Of a DNA stretch of 64,000 nt, positions 1 to 10,223 are shown in pieces; the first letter of the stretch is position 1; each line of letters opens with the position of its first letter. The notes below the pieces were generated by a model that ran no database searches, was not told the DNA's origin, and was given only the letters and a program-made list of their open reading frames with translations. The stretch spans positions 229,873 to 293,872 of the forward strand of contig JARXAD010000001.1 of NCBI GenBank assembly GCA_029866025.1, written 5' to 3'. This DNA comes from Vampirovibrionales bacterium (lineage in GTDB: Bacteria; Cyanobacteriota; Vampirovibrionia; Vampirovibrionales; Vampirovibrionaceae). The position numbers were made by a program, and so were the translations under genes.

Positions 1-1300
1 CGCCTGTAATGGCCAGCGTGCCCGTCACGCCCAAGTTGGTGGTGGCGCCAAAGGTTCCGCTACCCGCGGCCAAGTAATTGGTTCCCGTAGTCCCAGTGTT
101 GGATAAGTTTCCCGTGATGGTGACATTAGATAAGTAGGAGCGAATATCCATGACCCCACTGCTGGCAATGTTGCCCGTGGTGGCAATGGCGCTGCTGGTG
201 CCTTGGGCAATTAGGCTAACACCCGTGGCGGTAATGCCCGCCGTATTAATGTTGCTGGTGGCCCCTTGGGTGTTTAAGGCCACACTGGTTCCCGTAAAGC
301 TGGGCAAGGTAATAACCCCATTGGTACCCAGCGTGGTTAAGGTTAGATTGGTTGGGTTAGCAAACCCCGTAAAGGTAGGGTAATTAAAAGTGCCACTGGC
401 ATCGGCACGTCTAAAATTGAGGGTGTTAAAAGCTCGGGCGGTGCCATCTGTAAACATGGGCTTGGTAAAAATATCGCCATTGCCATCCCAAATGGTTAGA
501 ATTTTTCCAGCCCCGCCACTAATACCCAACGTGCCAGTAACGCCCAGGTTGGTGGTGGCGCTAAAGGTTCCGCTACCCGCGGCTAAAAAGTTGGTTCCCG
601 TGGTGCCAGTGTTACTGACGTTACCCGTCACCGTTACGTTGGATAAATACGACCGAATGTCCATAACACCACTGCTGGCAATGTTGCCGGTGGTGGTAAT
701 GGCGCTGCTGGTGCCTTGAGCTTGTAGGCTCACATCGGTGGCGGTAATGCCAGCCGTATTGATGTTACTGGTATTGCCCACTGTGTTTAGCGTCAGGTTG
801 GTGCCACTAAACGCGGGGAGGGTAATAACGCCGTTGGTGCCCAAAGTGCGCAACGTTAAATTAGCACTGGGCAAAGCAAAGCCTGTTAGCAGTGGGTAAT
901 TAAAGACACCACTGGCATCGCCCCGTCTAAAATCTAGGGTGTTAAAGGCACGGGCCGTGCCATCGGTAAACAGGGGCTTGGTAAAAATACTGCCGTTACC
1001 ATCAAACACGCTCAGGGTTTTGGTAGCGCCCCCACTAATGGCCACCGTGCCGGTTACGTTTAAATCGGTGGTGGCGCTAAAGGTTCCACTGCCTGCGGCT
1101 AGGTAATTAACGCCGGTGGTGCCGGTGTTGCTTACGTTGCCGTTTACCGTTACGTTGCTTAAAAAGCTCCGAATATCCATGAGGCCCGTGGTGGCAATGT
1201 TACTGCTGCTGGTAATGGCACCGCTGGTGCCTTGGGCTTGCAGGGTTAAATTGGTACCACTGTAGCCGTTGTTAAGGGTAAGGGTGCTGCTGGTACCATT
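1..1300 (-). repeat. Tandem direct repeats of about 510 bp (about 170 aa) inside tpsA; at least 2.5 copies in window, roughly 85% identical
   Basis: The motif ggtggtggcgc(c/t)aaaggttcc(g/a)ctac(c/t)(c/t)gcggc recurs at about 40, 555 and 1070 with extended flanking similarity. Encoded units read ...GSGTF(G/S)ATTNLGVTGTLAI(T/S)GG.... Confidence 0.8.
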
Positions 1301-3184
1301 GGCAATGGCACTAAAAATAGGGGAATTAATGGTGCCAAAGCGCATGGGGGATGACGCCACGTTGTAGTTAAAGCTGGTGCTGGTAGGGGCCGTAACGTTT
1401 ACCACGCCGGTACCGGTCAGCACGGGGCGAGTGGCGGTAATGGTATTGCCAGCCGTTAGGGTGGTGTTGGCATTGCCGCTGTTAATGGTGCCGCCAAGGG
1501 TAATGTCTCGCGCGTTAATGGCCACGGTACCACCGCCGCTGGTGATGGTGCCACTGGCGTTGTTTACAAAGTTACCCGTGGTGTTGGCGTCCGTATCGGC
1601 GTTAAACACCATGTTAAGGGCGTTGGTAGAACTAATGGCGGCGTTCACGTTGAGGTTTCGGTGGGCGTTAAAGGTGAGGGTTCGCCCTGCCACGCCCGTA
1701 TACGCCAAGGCCGAGGAGACGGTAATGTCCCCATTCTCGCTGTTGGTACCGCCGGTACCGGTGCTAATAGTCACGTTCCCCAAGGCCAAGGCGCTGTTAA
1801 TTAAATTCACCCCCAACACCGACGTATTGTTTGTGGTGAGAAAGGGCGAGGCCCCATTGATGTTGGTTTGGGTGCTACCAGCGCCAATGGTTAGGTCGTT
1901 GGGATCTAGCAACCAAGTGCCTGCTGGGCCAAACAGGGTACTGACATCGGGAAGGGATTGGACATCGAGGTAATGCTTGCCAGAGGTTTCCACAAACCCA
2001 CCGCCGTTAATCCCTTTGGCTTGGATAGTGCCGTGGCTGGCGGTGTTGTTATTAGCCCACAGAATCACTTTACCGCCGGTACCACTGCTAGTGGCGTTGG
2101 CTAAAATACTACTGCCTGCTTGGGCCCACGTGTTTAGGGCGTTAAAAATACTGGGGTTTTGTCCTTGGTAATCCCCTCCAATAAGTGCCGTGCCGCCGCC
2201 GTTGGTGCCACTGACGTCCACCGTGCTACCGGCAGCAAGGGTCACTTCATCGCCTAACAAGTTAATAGCGCCGCCGTTGCCTGTCTCGTTACTAGCGGTT
2301 AGGGTACCGCTGTTAATGACTTTTCCCGTGCGGTCGTCGGTCGTTCCTAACGCTAAAATCTTACCATCGGTACCGCGGTGGAAACTTTTGGCACGTACAA
2401 TGCCCGTGTTGTTAATGGTGGCGTTGTAAAACGAGCGAATAAGGCGTGCTTGCAGCTGTGCTTTTTCAGCCGTAATCAAGCCGCTGTTTTTAATAGCGGC
2501 TTGGGTGTTGGCCACCTCTGTTTCTAGTGCTTGGTCAATGGTCACGTCGGCCAGTAAATCGGGTCCCAGTTTGTAGGTAATTTGCTTGCCCACGGCTAAG
2601 GCAACGCTGGGGGCGGTGAGGGTGCCTTCGTTGCTAATGGCGCTGGCAAGCATGGCAATGTCTTGGGTGGCGGTAATATCCCCTTGGTTGGTAATGGCTG
2701 CAGGGGCATGATTGTTAGACTGGATAAACTTAAATTGGTCCGCCAAAAAATCTTGGTTTCTTATATCCAACGTGCTGGCAACCAAGCCTTGCACATTGAC
2801 ATTGGCGTTTGGGCCAAAAAACACGCCCGAGGGGTTAATTAAAAATACCCGTCCACTGGAGGTAAGTTTTCCAAAAATTTGAGACGGCGTGCCACCAGTT
2901 ACTCGGTGCAAGCTAAGGGGCGATTGGATGTGCACCGAATTAGCTTGACCGATGTTAAAGGTGCCGTAGTTAATAATGGCGCGGTTGCTGGCGGTAATGT
3001 TTAAATGGGTGCCATCGTTGGTAAACGTGGCACTGCCGCTGGCCACACTGTAGTTCGTGGGTAACTGGGAGGATACGTCGGCACTGGCCAGGGGTGCTAT
3101 AGAAAACCAGCCCAATACCACCACCAGTAAAGCGCTACTAAAACGCCTAAAACAGGATGGATTGCTATGCAGGTGTAAGTTCAA
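1..3184 (-). CDS. TpsA-family two-partner-secretion exoprotein (filamentous haemagglutinin-like adhesin), N-terminal part only; C-terminus lies beyond window start
   Basis: Minus-strand frame open from a TTG at 3184 to coordinate 1 (my hand translation). Signal peptide MNLHLHSNPSCFRRFSSALLVVVLGWFSIAPLASA. The TPS secretion domain shows NPSGVFFGPNANV, matching the NPNGI/NPNGV motif. The downstream part is G/T/N/S/A-rich beta-helix-like sequence. Plus-strand ORFs in this span (150..383, 390..719, 1377..1973, 1977..2171, 2190..2429) are V/P/L-rich shadow frames. Not listed in the ORF track, apparently because the ORF has no stop inside the window. Confidence 0.8.
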   Translation of the reverse strand, partial: MNLHLHSNPSCFRRFSSALLVVVLGWFSIAPLASADVSSQLPTNYSVASGSATFTNDGTHLNITASNRAIINYGTFNIGQANSVHIQSPLSLHRVTGGTPSQIFGKLTSSGRVFLINPSGVFFGPNANVNVQGLVASTLDIRNQDFLADQFKFIQSNNHAPAAITNQGDITATQDIAMLASAISNEGTLTAPSVALAVGKQITYKLGPDLLADVTIDQALETEVANTQAAIKNSGLITAEKAQLQARLIRSFYNATINNTGIVRAKSFHRGTDGKILALGTTDDRTGKVINSGTLTASNETGNGGAINLLGDEVTLAAGSTVDVSGTNGGGTALIGGDYQGQNPSIFNALNTWAQAGSSILANATSSGTGGKVILWANNNTASHGTIQAKGINGGGFVETSGKHYLDVQSLPDVSTLFGPAGTWLLDPNDLTIGAGSTQTNINGASPFLTTNNTSVLGVNLINSALALGNVTISTGTGGTNSENGDITVSSALAYTGVAGRTLTFNAHRNLNVNAAISSTNALNMVFNADTDANTTGNFVNNASGTITSGGGTVAINARDITLGGTINSGNANTTLTAGNTITATRPVLTGTGVVNVTAPTSTSFNYNVASSPMRFGTINSPIFSAIANGTSSTLTLNNGYSGTNLTLQAQGTSGAITSSSNIATTGLMDIRSFLSNVTVNGNVSNTGTTGVNYLAAGSGTFSATTDLNVTGTVAISGGATKTLSVFDGNGSIFTKPLFTDGTARAFNTLDFRRGDASGVFNYPLLTGFALPSANLTLRTLGTNGVITLPAFSGTNLTLNTVGNTSNINTAGITATDVSLQAQGTSSAITTTGNIASSGVMDIRSYLSNVTVTGNVSNTGTTGTNFLAAGSGTFSATTNLGVTGTLGISGGAGKILTIWDGNGDIFTKPMFTDGTARAFNTLNFRRADASGTFNYPTFTGFANPTNLTLTTLGTNGVITLPSFTGTSVALNTQGATSNINTAGITATGVSLIAQGTSSAIATTGNIASSGVMDIRSYLSNVTITGNLSNTGTTGTNYLAAGSGTFGATTNLGVTGTLAITG

Positions 3185-3413
3185 CGACTGTTAATTCTCT
3201 CTGAATAAGGCTGATGGTGCCGTTATGAATGATGACTCTTTTGAGTGTATGAGCCATTCGTACTGGCCACATCCACTAAACGAACTAGCCAAAAATAGCT
3301 AATCCCTTCACTAAAAAACCATCGTAATGCCTAGCGGTACAAACTCCTAGCGAAGAGTATTGATGATTCAATCCGCTGCTTTGCAACGCAATGAATTTGA
3401 AACCAACAGTAAA

Positions 3414-3445
3414 GAACCACCCGTAAAAACCACCCGTAAAAACCA
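3414..3445. repeat. Two tandem copies of a 13-mer (ccacccgtaaaaa) in the 400-nt tpsB-tpsA spacer
   Basis: Direct inspection of 3417-3442. Confidence 0.6.
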
Positions 3446-3581
3446 CTCTTGCCCTTCAGTCCGCATTAGTGCACCCACGTTGAATGGTTACCTTATGGGT
3501 ATCGGATTGTTGGGTATAAAAGAGAGCCATTGTAACGATTTGTAGCGACCGTGACATAGGCCAATTGGATTAAAAAACTAT

Positions 3582-5417
3582 TTAAAATAGAGGCGTTTGC
3601 AAGCCAAAGTGAAGTCGGGGAAAGCTTTTATCGGGGGATGGTTTTAGGAGTGGAAAGCCAATATCCAAACGGCCCACCAGATACTTGGTTAAGGTTAATC
3701 GAAGGCCAACACCCGTACCCAACAAGGTTTCATTTCTCGATTCAGACGCTTTGGGTTGGTGGGTCACAATCTGGGCCACATCGGTAAACACCACCCATTG
3801 CAGGGCTTGGCGTAGGGGTTGGTGGGTTAAGGGTAGTTTCCAATCTCTCGGAAAGAGTAGGCTGGGAATGTAGCATTCGGCTGTTAGGTTGGCGCCACTG
3901 TCTCCTAAATACAGGCCTTCTTTATACCCACGGGTGGTAAAGGCACCGCCTACCTGCATTTGTTCTGTGGCAAACAAACGATCATTGGACCATTGATAAT
4001 TGGAACGCAGCACGCCCGTAAGTTGCCAAGGCAGGCGTTGCACCCGTGTAATGCCCCCCGTCATATTAAAAAATTGGGTACCGCTGCCTGGTTTGCTATT
4101 GCCAATGTCCCGGTTAAGCGGGGTGTCTCCTTGGGTACCGCCCCACATATCCAAGCCAATGCCAAATTCTTGATTTAGGAGGGTTCTTCCCCAAGCATCC
4201 TGAAAACTGCCCCTAAAATACGGGCGTAGCAGTCGAATATGATCTTCGGTAAAGGGTTCGCCTACCAGATCGGTGCGCAAGTTTTTCCAATCGAAGGCCA
4301 AGCCGGCCCATAGTGACCGTTTGTCTGAAAAAAGCAGCGGTTGCTCCACAGAGGCACTGAAGGTATGCGCTTTCGAGACCACATCCAAATCTGCCAAAGC
4401 CCCTTGAGGGGTTACATTGCTGTAAGCATAAGTAAAACCTAACTGTGTGCCCGATGAATGGACGGGGATTTGGTATTGGCTGAACACACCGCTCGAAGCT
4501 TCGCTGGCATTCCATGTGGTGGAGAGGGTATCGCCAAAGCCCAACAGGTTGTTGTGAGTTAGGGTGGCGCCAAAGCGGTTGTGGCCAATGGGGCGCCTTC
4601 CCAAATTATCCCAAAACGGGGTGAGGTGGATGGGAAATCGCGACATGGAGCGCAGCGCCACCGACGACGTGCCGGGCTGCTTGCCTGCTAGTAATTTAGC
4701 ACTCACGGTGCGGTCGGGGTTTTGGTTAAGCAATGCAATACGGCGCTGCAAAGCGTCCACGTTTAACGGATCGCCCGAGGCCATGCTAATGTAAGGCAGA
4801 ATGGAACGCTGAGTGAACCAAGGAGAGATGAACCAAGGGTAAAAGTGCCTGCCAGGTGGGGTTAAATCCAGTGTAATGGTATCGACCAAAACTTCTTGCG
4901 ACTGAAGGATCAGCTCGTCGTTGGTAATTTCCTGTTCGGGTAGGTAAACACTACTGGTAAGATACCCTTTTTTTGCGTACAGCAAGCTTAGGGCGTCGGT
5001 TAGGGTGCTCACATCGTTAAAGGTAATAGGACGGTTGAGGTACGGGGCAACCACGTCTTCCACCGTCGAAGGATCCAGCAAGGTGTTGCCTTGCAGGCGA
5101 ATACGTTTAAAGGTGACCTGTTCTTCGGCATCGGTGGGTTCGGGAGCGGTTTGTGGGTCTCGTTCCACCTGTGTGGGGGGCAACGGGTTGTTGGGAGAAG
5201 GGGGGGCGTTGGTTTGGGTGTTGTCAGGTGTAACCGTTCCGGGCAAGGCCCATGGCTTGGTGCTGGCGTCCAATACGGCTCCAGGCTGAAAATTTTGGGC
5301 AACACCTCCCCCACTGCTAGAAATAATTAGGCAGAAGCAAAGACTCCAGTAGAAGAGTTGAACCCGTTTCTGCAGAAGTGGGGGGCGAGTTGGTGACCAC
5401 GAAATAAGAGGGGGCAT
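3582..5417 (-). CDS. TpsB outer-membrane transporter of two-partner secretion (ShlB/FhaC/HecB family, POTRA + beta-barrel)
   Basis: 611 aa with N-terminal signal peptide and a POTRA-like segment (NRPITFNDVSTLTDALSLLYAKKGYLTSSVYLPEQEI). Beta-barrel-like C-terminus ending in ...QTPLF (terminal aromatic residue). Located immediately upstream of tpsA on the same strand. Confidence 0.75.
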   Translation of the reverse strand: MPPLISWSPTRPPLLQKRVQLFYWSLCFCLIISSSGGGVAQNFQPGAVLDASTKPWALPGTVTPDNTQTNAPPSPNNPLPPTQVERDPQTAPEPTDAEEQVTFKRIRLQGNTLLDPSTVEDVVAPYLNRPITFNDVSTLTDALSLLYAKKGYLTSSVYLPEQEITNDELILQSQEVLVDTITLDLTPPGRHFYPWFISPWFTQRSILPYISMASGDPLNVDALQRRIALLNQNPDRTVSAKLLAGKQPGTSSVALRSMSRFPIHLTPFWDNLGRRPIGHNRFGATLTHNNLLGFGDTLSTTWNASEASSGVFSQYQIPVHSSGTQLGFTYAYSNVTPQGALADLDVVSKAHTFSASVEQPLLFSDKRSLWAGLAFDWKNLRTDLVGEPFTEDHIRLLRPYFRGSFQDAWGRTLLNQEFGIGLDMWGGTQGDTPLNRDIGNSKPGSGTQFFNMTGGITRVQRLPWQLTGVLRSNYQWSNDRLFATEQMQVGGAFTTRGYKEGLYLGDSGANLTAECYIPSLLFPRDWKLPLTHQPLRQALQWVVFTDVAQIVTHQPKASESRNETLLGTGVGLRLTLTKYLVGRLDIGFPLLKPSPDKSFPRLHFGLQTPLF

Positions 5418-5940
5418 TATCGATATTACTTGTATTTTTATAGTAGTGACTGTGATTAAGCTACTATATCTTACACGCTTGTAAAATTAACCTTACAGAA
5501 ATTGCGTTGCCGTCACATTCTGTTTGAATGGTGTCCACTACCTATTTAGAGCTTTTAAGCATGCTACCAAGGCATTGAAATCCATAGGTTTAAAGGATGG
5601 TGAAGAAAACCAAAGGATTTGACCTTTAGAATTACAATAGCGGCTCCACCACAGCCACTTCAATCACGCCGCCAAAGAAAAACCCATTTTTAATCTGGCT
5701 ATTTTGTGCATCCATTTTTCAATCTCAACCTGTTTTTTTGGGGTTAGATCCAATAGCAATAAACGTACCTTTTTCCCCCATAAGGCTACGGATCGTGACA
5801 ATTTTATTGTTAAATAATGAATACATCTGAAAACAGGGGGGCTTTGAGAAAACTGGTCTACTCAGAAAAGGTATCGTTAAGCTGAGAATGATAACGGCAG
5901 CTATTAAAAACACACTAGAGTGTTAAGCATTTTTCATAGG

Positions 5941-6915
5941 TTAGTCCTTTTGCACCATGCGTGTTGATTGAAAGAACTTCCAGATCTCAGTACTTGCACG
6001 AATATCATGGCTGGTCTTTCCCAACAGAATAGAGTCATACCAGTGGTCATTTTTGGATCCCGGCCATGTGTGGCCTCCCCCATGAATCATCCATAACGTC
6101 AATGCATTGGGGCGAGCACAGGAAAAGGTAAGCTGTTCTGCAGATAAACCATCGTTGGGTTTAACATCGATAAGGTTTTGAGTAGCTGGCTTACTTTGGC
6201 AGTGGTTCGCTTTTTGCCAAAAAGACAGCGTTTGAGGCACGGATATAATGTTGGATGTCTTAAAAAAGACTTTGACTCGACGAATTTGGCCCTCCCACGT
6301 AATAACCGGATCGTTTGTGCCATGAATAAGCATGACAGGGGTTTGTTTGGGTGTGGAGCACTCCTCGCTTAGTGGTTGCCCCATCGTAGAACCAACGGTT
6401 GCAATGGCCGCAAAGCGGCCCGGCATATCACAAGCCAACCGTTGAGAAAAGAAACCGCCATTGGAAAAACCCGTCAGGTAAAGGCGTGTTTGGTCTATCT
6501 GCCGGGCAGAAGCTGTGGTATCTAAAATGGCATTCACATAGTCCACGTCATCGTTATTGTGATTCGCTACAGCCTTGCCGTTCCATTGATGCTTACCCCC
6601 ATCGGGGTAGAGCACTAAAAAATTCTCTTGTTCTGCTAGCTTATTAAAGCCCGTCGTTGAAGCCATCATTAGGGCATTCATACGAAACCCATGCACTGCC
6701 ATCACAACGGGCAATGGCTGGGAGGCATTGTAGTGAGAAGGCGTATAGAGCCAAAAATACCGTTGCTCGCCATGCACCCAAACGCTATGCTGCTCCATTC
6801 CCAACGCCGCTGTTTGAGGCGACCCTACACCGGAGAGTGGGATAACAAGGCTTGCCATAACCCAGCTAGCCATAACCAAGGCCGCAACGACATAAAATTT
6901 AAAAGAACCAGCCAT
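5941..6915 (-). CDS. Secreted esterase, PHB-depolymerase/LpqC-like alpha/beta hydrolase
   Basis: Signal peptide present. Nucleophile elbow GFSNGG, LYTP, and an HG oxyanion-hole region. 324 aa. Confidence 0.6.
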   Translation of the reverse strand: MAGSFKFYVVAALVMASWVMASLVIPLSGVGSPQTAALGMEQHSVWVHGEQRYFWLYTPSHYNASQPLPVVMAVHGFRMNALMMASTTGFNKLAEQENFLVLYPDGGKHQWNGKAVANHNNDDVDYVNAILDTTASARQIDQTRLYLTGFSNGGFFSQRLACDMPGRFAAIATVGSTMGQPLSEECSTPKQTPVMLIHGTNDPVITWEGQIRRVKVFFKTSNIISVPQTLSFWQKANHCQSKPATQNLIDVKPNDGLSAEQLTFSCARPNALTLWMIHGGGHTWPGSKNDHWYDSILLGKTSHDIRASTEIWKFFQSTRMVQKD

Positions 6916-6916
6916 A

Positions 6917-7696
6917 CTAGGAATGCTTATCGGATTTTGCGTTAAGAGTCTCTATCCCTTTTTCGGTAACCATCAGTAATCTTTCAAGATTAGCCAGCCC
7001 TAAGTGCCTTTCATGTTTTTTTAAAATGCCTGCTTGAAGCAGTTCTGAAATAACCTTGCTAACGGTGGGGCGTGCAATTCCAGACAGGTCTGAAATTTCT
7101 TGATGGGTTAAGGCCACATAGCGTTGACAATCCCCATGTGTACAGTTTTCTCCGAATTTTTCGGAAACATCCAGCAAGGTTTCAGAGACCCTCGCATAAA
7201 CATCTTTAATGGAAATACTTAGGACCCGTTTTTGTAGGCGATCCTGCTGTTGGGACAGAATCTCAATCAGTCGCATCATAAAATTGGGATGGTTTTTTAA
7301 GACATCCCAAAAAACAGGGGCTTCAATGGAGATAAGACGAACATCCTGAGCTGCTTCAATGTAATCACTGTAATTAACAGGGCTGGTAGAGCCTGGAAAG
7401 TCACCAAAAATATCCGAAGGTCTTAAAAAACTTAAAATAATACGTCTGTCATCGGTGGGCAACAGGCGACATTGACGAGCATATCCTCGGTCAACAATAT
7501 AAATACGAGAATCACCGCCCTCTTGAATGTACCAAGCTTGTCCCTGCTTTAATTCAATACGTTTGCTACGGAGCATCAGCGCTTGAACTTCCACCTTCGA
7601 CAATTGCTGCAGAATAGCACTTTTCTTATCATTCCATAATGATTGTTGTGTAGGCATAAGGGTTGGGAAATAGATGTCGAAGGGTGAGATTACCAT
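6917..7696 (-). CDS. Crp/Fnr-family transcriptional regulator
   Basis: cNMP-binding-like N-terminal region. C-terminal HTH ...THQEISDLSGIARPTVSKVISELLQAGIL. The ORF-track start (7720) is a TTG, so the true start is uncertain. Confidence 0.65.
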   Translation of the reverse strand: MVISPFDIYFPTLMPTQQSLWNDKKSAILQQLSKVEVQALMLRSKRIELKQGQAWYIQEGGDSRIYIVDRGYARQCRLLPTDDRRIILSFLRPSDIFGDFPGSTSPVNYSDYIEAAQDVRLISIEAPVFWDVLKNHPNFMMRLIEILSQQQDRLQKRVLSISIKDVYARVSETLLDVSEKFGENCTHGDCQRYVALTHQEISDLSGIARPTVSKVISELLQAGILKKHERHLGLANLERLLMVTEKGIETLNAKSDKHS

Positions 7697-7860
7697 AGCA
7701 GTGATTGTTTCCCAAATCAATGAAAGAAAGGCCAGTCTACCCCCTTATTTACGACCTTATTGTCAGATACATGACAACAGGGGTGTTTTTTCCTTTTATA
7801 GTAAGAGGGTACTATTGGAGAACTTATTTTTGAGGCACTTTTGTGACGTTCGTAAAAGAT

Positions 7861-8838
7861 ATGGATTTTAAAGGGTTTAAAACCCCCATTGCTCAGCTTT
7901 TTCGGGCGCTGATTGATGCCGATGCGAACCCAGTAAGAACGAGTAAGAAAAACATCACTTGGGACCGCTTGTTACCCTTTGTGGTGCTGCATTTGGGATG
8001 CTTGGGGGTCATTTGGACTGGGGTAAGCCCTACTGCTTTCATTGTAGCAGTCGCTCTGTATTGGGTACGAATGTTTTTGATTACAGCCTTTTTTCATCGC
8101 TATTTTTCCCATAAAACCTTTGAAATGAACCGTTTTTGGCAGGCCATTGCCGCTTTTGGTACTTTGTTTGCCGTTCAGCGGGGGCCTTTGTGGTGGGCAG
8201 CGCATCACCGGCACCATCATCGCCATTCCGATGATCAGGATGATGTACATTCTCCCTCGCAGCGAGGGTTTTTCTGGGCGCACATGGGGTGGATTTGCTG
8301 TGATGCCAACATGCCTACCCGGTATGAGCTGATCCCTGACCTGACCAAATTCCCTGAATTGGTCTGGATTAATCGTTTGGATTGGCTGGGAGGCGTCTTG
8401 CTGGCGGGAGGTCTTTGGCTCTTGGGCAATTACCTCTATACCCTAAATGGTAGCACCACGGGTGCTCAATTGCTGGTGTGGGGCTTTTTTATCAGTACCG
8501 CCCTTCTGTTTCATGCCACGTGTACCATTAATTCCCTTTCTCATGTGTGGGGGGCTCAACGGTTCCAAACCGACGATACCAGCCGTAACAATCCTGTTTT
8601 GGCTATTGCTACCATGGGAGAAGGTTGGCATAACAATCATCATTTCTACCCAGCGTCAGCTCGGCAAGGTTTTTATTGGTGGGAGGTGGATATGACGTAT
8701 TACGGTTTAAAGCTTCTCGCTATTTTTGGCGTGGTTAAAAAATTACACCCCGTTCCTCCATGGGTATACCAAAAAGCTGGGGTTGGGCTTCCCTCCAGTT
8801 TTGTCCCTCTCTCGTCGTCTACCATGCCCTCTGTGTAA
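7861..8838 (+). CDS. Acyl-CoA/acyl-lipid delta-9 desaturase (stearoyl-CoA desaturase family)
   Basis: Three histidine boxes (FFHRYFSH, AAHHRHHHRHSD, WHNNHHFYP) and multiple TM segments. First ATG at 7861 (track start 7843 is a GTG). Confidence 0.75.
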   Translation: MDFKGFKTPIAQLFRALIDADANPVRTSKKNITWDRLLPFVVLHLGCLGVIWTGVSPTAFIVAVALYWVRMFLITAFFHRYFSHKTFEMNRFWQAIAAFGTLFAVQRGPLWWAAHHRHHHRHSDDQDDVHSPSQRGFFWAHMGWICCDANMPTRYELIPDLTKFPELVWINRLDWLGGVLLAGGLWLLGNYLYTLNGSTTGAQLLVWGFFISTALLFHATCTINSLSHVWGAQRFQTDDTSRNNPVLAIATMGEGWHNNHHFYPASARQGFYWWEVDMTYYGLKLLAIFGVVKKLHPVPPWVYQKAGVGLPSSFVPLSSSTMPSV

Positions 8839-8855
8839 TCCTAAAGGTATTCCTT

Positions 8856-10223
8856 GTGCTCACCCTTTCTAAACCTAAAAAAATTGCCATAGTGGGTGGT
8901 GGTATAGCAGGCTTGGGGTGTGCTTACTTATTGCACCCACATCACACCGTTACTGTGTTTGAAGCCGCCCATTACTTAGGGGGGCATAGCAATACCGTTA
9001 CCACTCAAAGTATCAGTGGATCCGACATCCCTATTGATACAGGGTTTATGGTATACAACCCCGAAACATATCCTCACTTAATGCACTTGTTTACTCAATT
9101 AGGGGTTACGGGCGTTCCTACGGATATGAGTTTTAGTGTGCAACACGACGCAGCTGGTTGGGGCGGTCGTTCCTTGGAGTGGGCGGGAGGAAGCTTGAGT
9201 CAGCTTTTTGCTCAAAAGCGGAATCTGTTGAATCCCAAATTTTGGCAGTTGCTCCTCACCCTCAATCGATTTAATGAGGATGCCATTGAAGCGATGAGAA
9301 CGGGGAGTGCTGATACCCTAACCCTGGGCGAGTATTGTCAGCGCCAAAATTACCCCTCTGTAGTATTGGACTGGTTTCTATTGCCCATGAGTGCGGCCAT
9401 CTGGTCCACTGATCCAGAAAAAATGAGAGATTTTCCCGCTCGTACCTTGCTTCGATTTTTTGTAAATCATCGCTTCGTGGGGATGGGCAATCATGTACAG
9501 TGGCTCACCGTAGCAGGGGGCTCTCAATCGTATGTGGCCAAAATCAAAGATACCCTTCAACAGTCGGCCACAGCTTCAACGTATCTTAAGGCACCGATTA
9601 AGCAGGTAAAACGAAACGAACAAGAACCAGGCGTGACCCTTATTTTAGAAAATGGTGAAACCCACGATTTTGATCAAGTCATTCTGGCGTGTCATGCCGA
9701 TACAGCTCGGCAGCTTTTAAAAGACCCCACCGCACTAGAACAGGCACTGTTAGACCCTTTTGCCTATGAAGCCAATGTGGCTACCTTGCATACGGATGAA
9801 ACAGTGATGCCGAGCCGAAAAAATGCCTGGGCTGCTTGGAATTATGGTTTGCATGCAAATCAGGCCTCTACCCACTATTGGATGAACCGGCTGCAGCACT
9901 TACCGGATACTCGTGAGGGAGGCAACACGTATATTGTTTCCATCAATGGAGAGGCCTTGGTTCGACCTGAACGGGTCATTCAAACCGTCTCATATTCTCA
10001 CCCGCGTTTTACGTTGGCCTCTATTAAGGCTCAAAAAGAACTGGTTCAACTTAATCGACAATCAGACGAACGCGTATTTTTTGCTGGAAGTTATTTTCGG
10101 TATGGATTCCATGAAGATGCTTTTGGGTCCGCCATTCAGCTGTGCCGGCATTTGTTAGGCAATGACTGCTGGCCCGTACTGTCGGATGCGAGTGGTAGCC
10201 CTGATTGGACAATGGTGACCTAA
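8856..10223 (+). CDS. FAD/NAD(P)-binding oxidoreductase (amine-oxidase-like; UfaD-like fatty-acyl desaturase candidate)
   Basis: Rossmann dinucleotide motif KIAIVGGGIAGLGCAYLL near the N-terminus. A GTG at 8856 with upstream AAGG is the likely start. Followed by a DUF1365 gene joined by a TAATG overlap. Confidence 0.7.
   Translation: MLTLSKPKKIAIVGGGIAGLGCAYLLHPHHTVTVFEAAHYLGGHSNTVTTQSISGSDIPIDTGFMVYNPETYPHLMHLFTQLGVTGVPTDMSFSVQHDAAGWGGRSLEWAGGSLSQLFAQKRNLLNPKFWQLLLTLNRFNEDAIEAMRTGSADTLTLGEYCQRQNYPSVVLDWFLLPMSAAIWSTDPEKMRDFPARTLLRFFVNHRFVGMGNHVQWLTVAGGSQSYVAKIKDTLQQSATASTYLKAPIKQVKRNEQEPGVTLILENGETHDFDQVILACHADTARQLLKDPTALEQALLDPFAYEANVATLHTDETVMPSRKNAWAAWNYGLHANQASTHYWMNRLQHLPDTREGGNTYIVSINGEALVRPERVIQTVSYSHPRFTLASIKAQKELVQLNRQSDERVFFAGSYFRYGFHEDAFGSAIQLCRHLLGNDCWPVLSDASGSPDWTMVT

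Noticed and set aside
150-2429. Five plus-strand ORFs (77-198 aa) with V/P/L/A-rich translations inside the tpsA region
   Set aside because: They are antisense shadow frames of the G/T/N/S-rich minus-strand tpsA gene. They have no RBS and no recognisable domains.
3414-3445. 13-mer tandem repeat considered as a possible CRISPR or regulatory array
   Set aside because: There are only two copies, with no spacer structure and no cas genes. It is most likely simple slippage duplication.
3360-3545. 61-aa ORF in the tpsB-tpsA spacer
   Set aside because: No RBS and low-complexity sequence. The spacer is more plausibly a regulatory leader.
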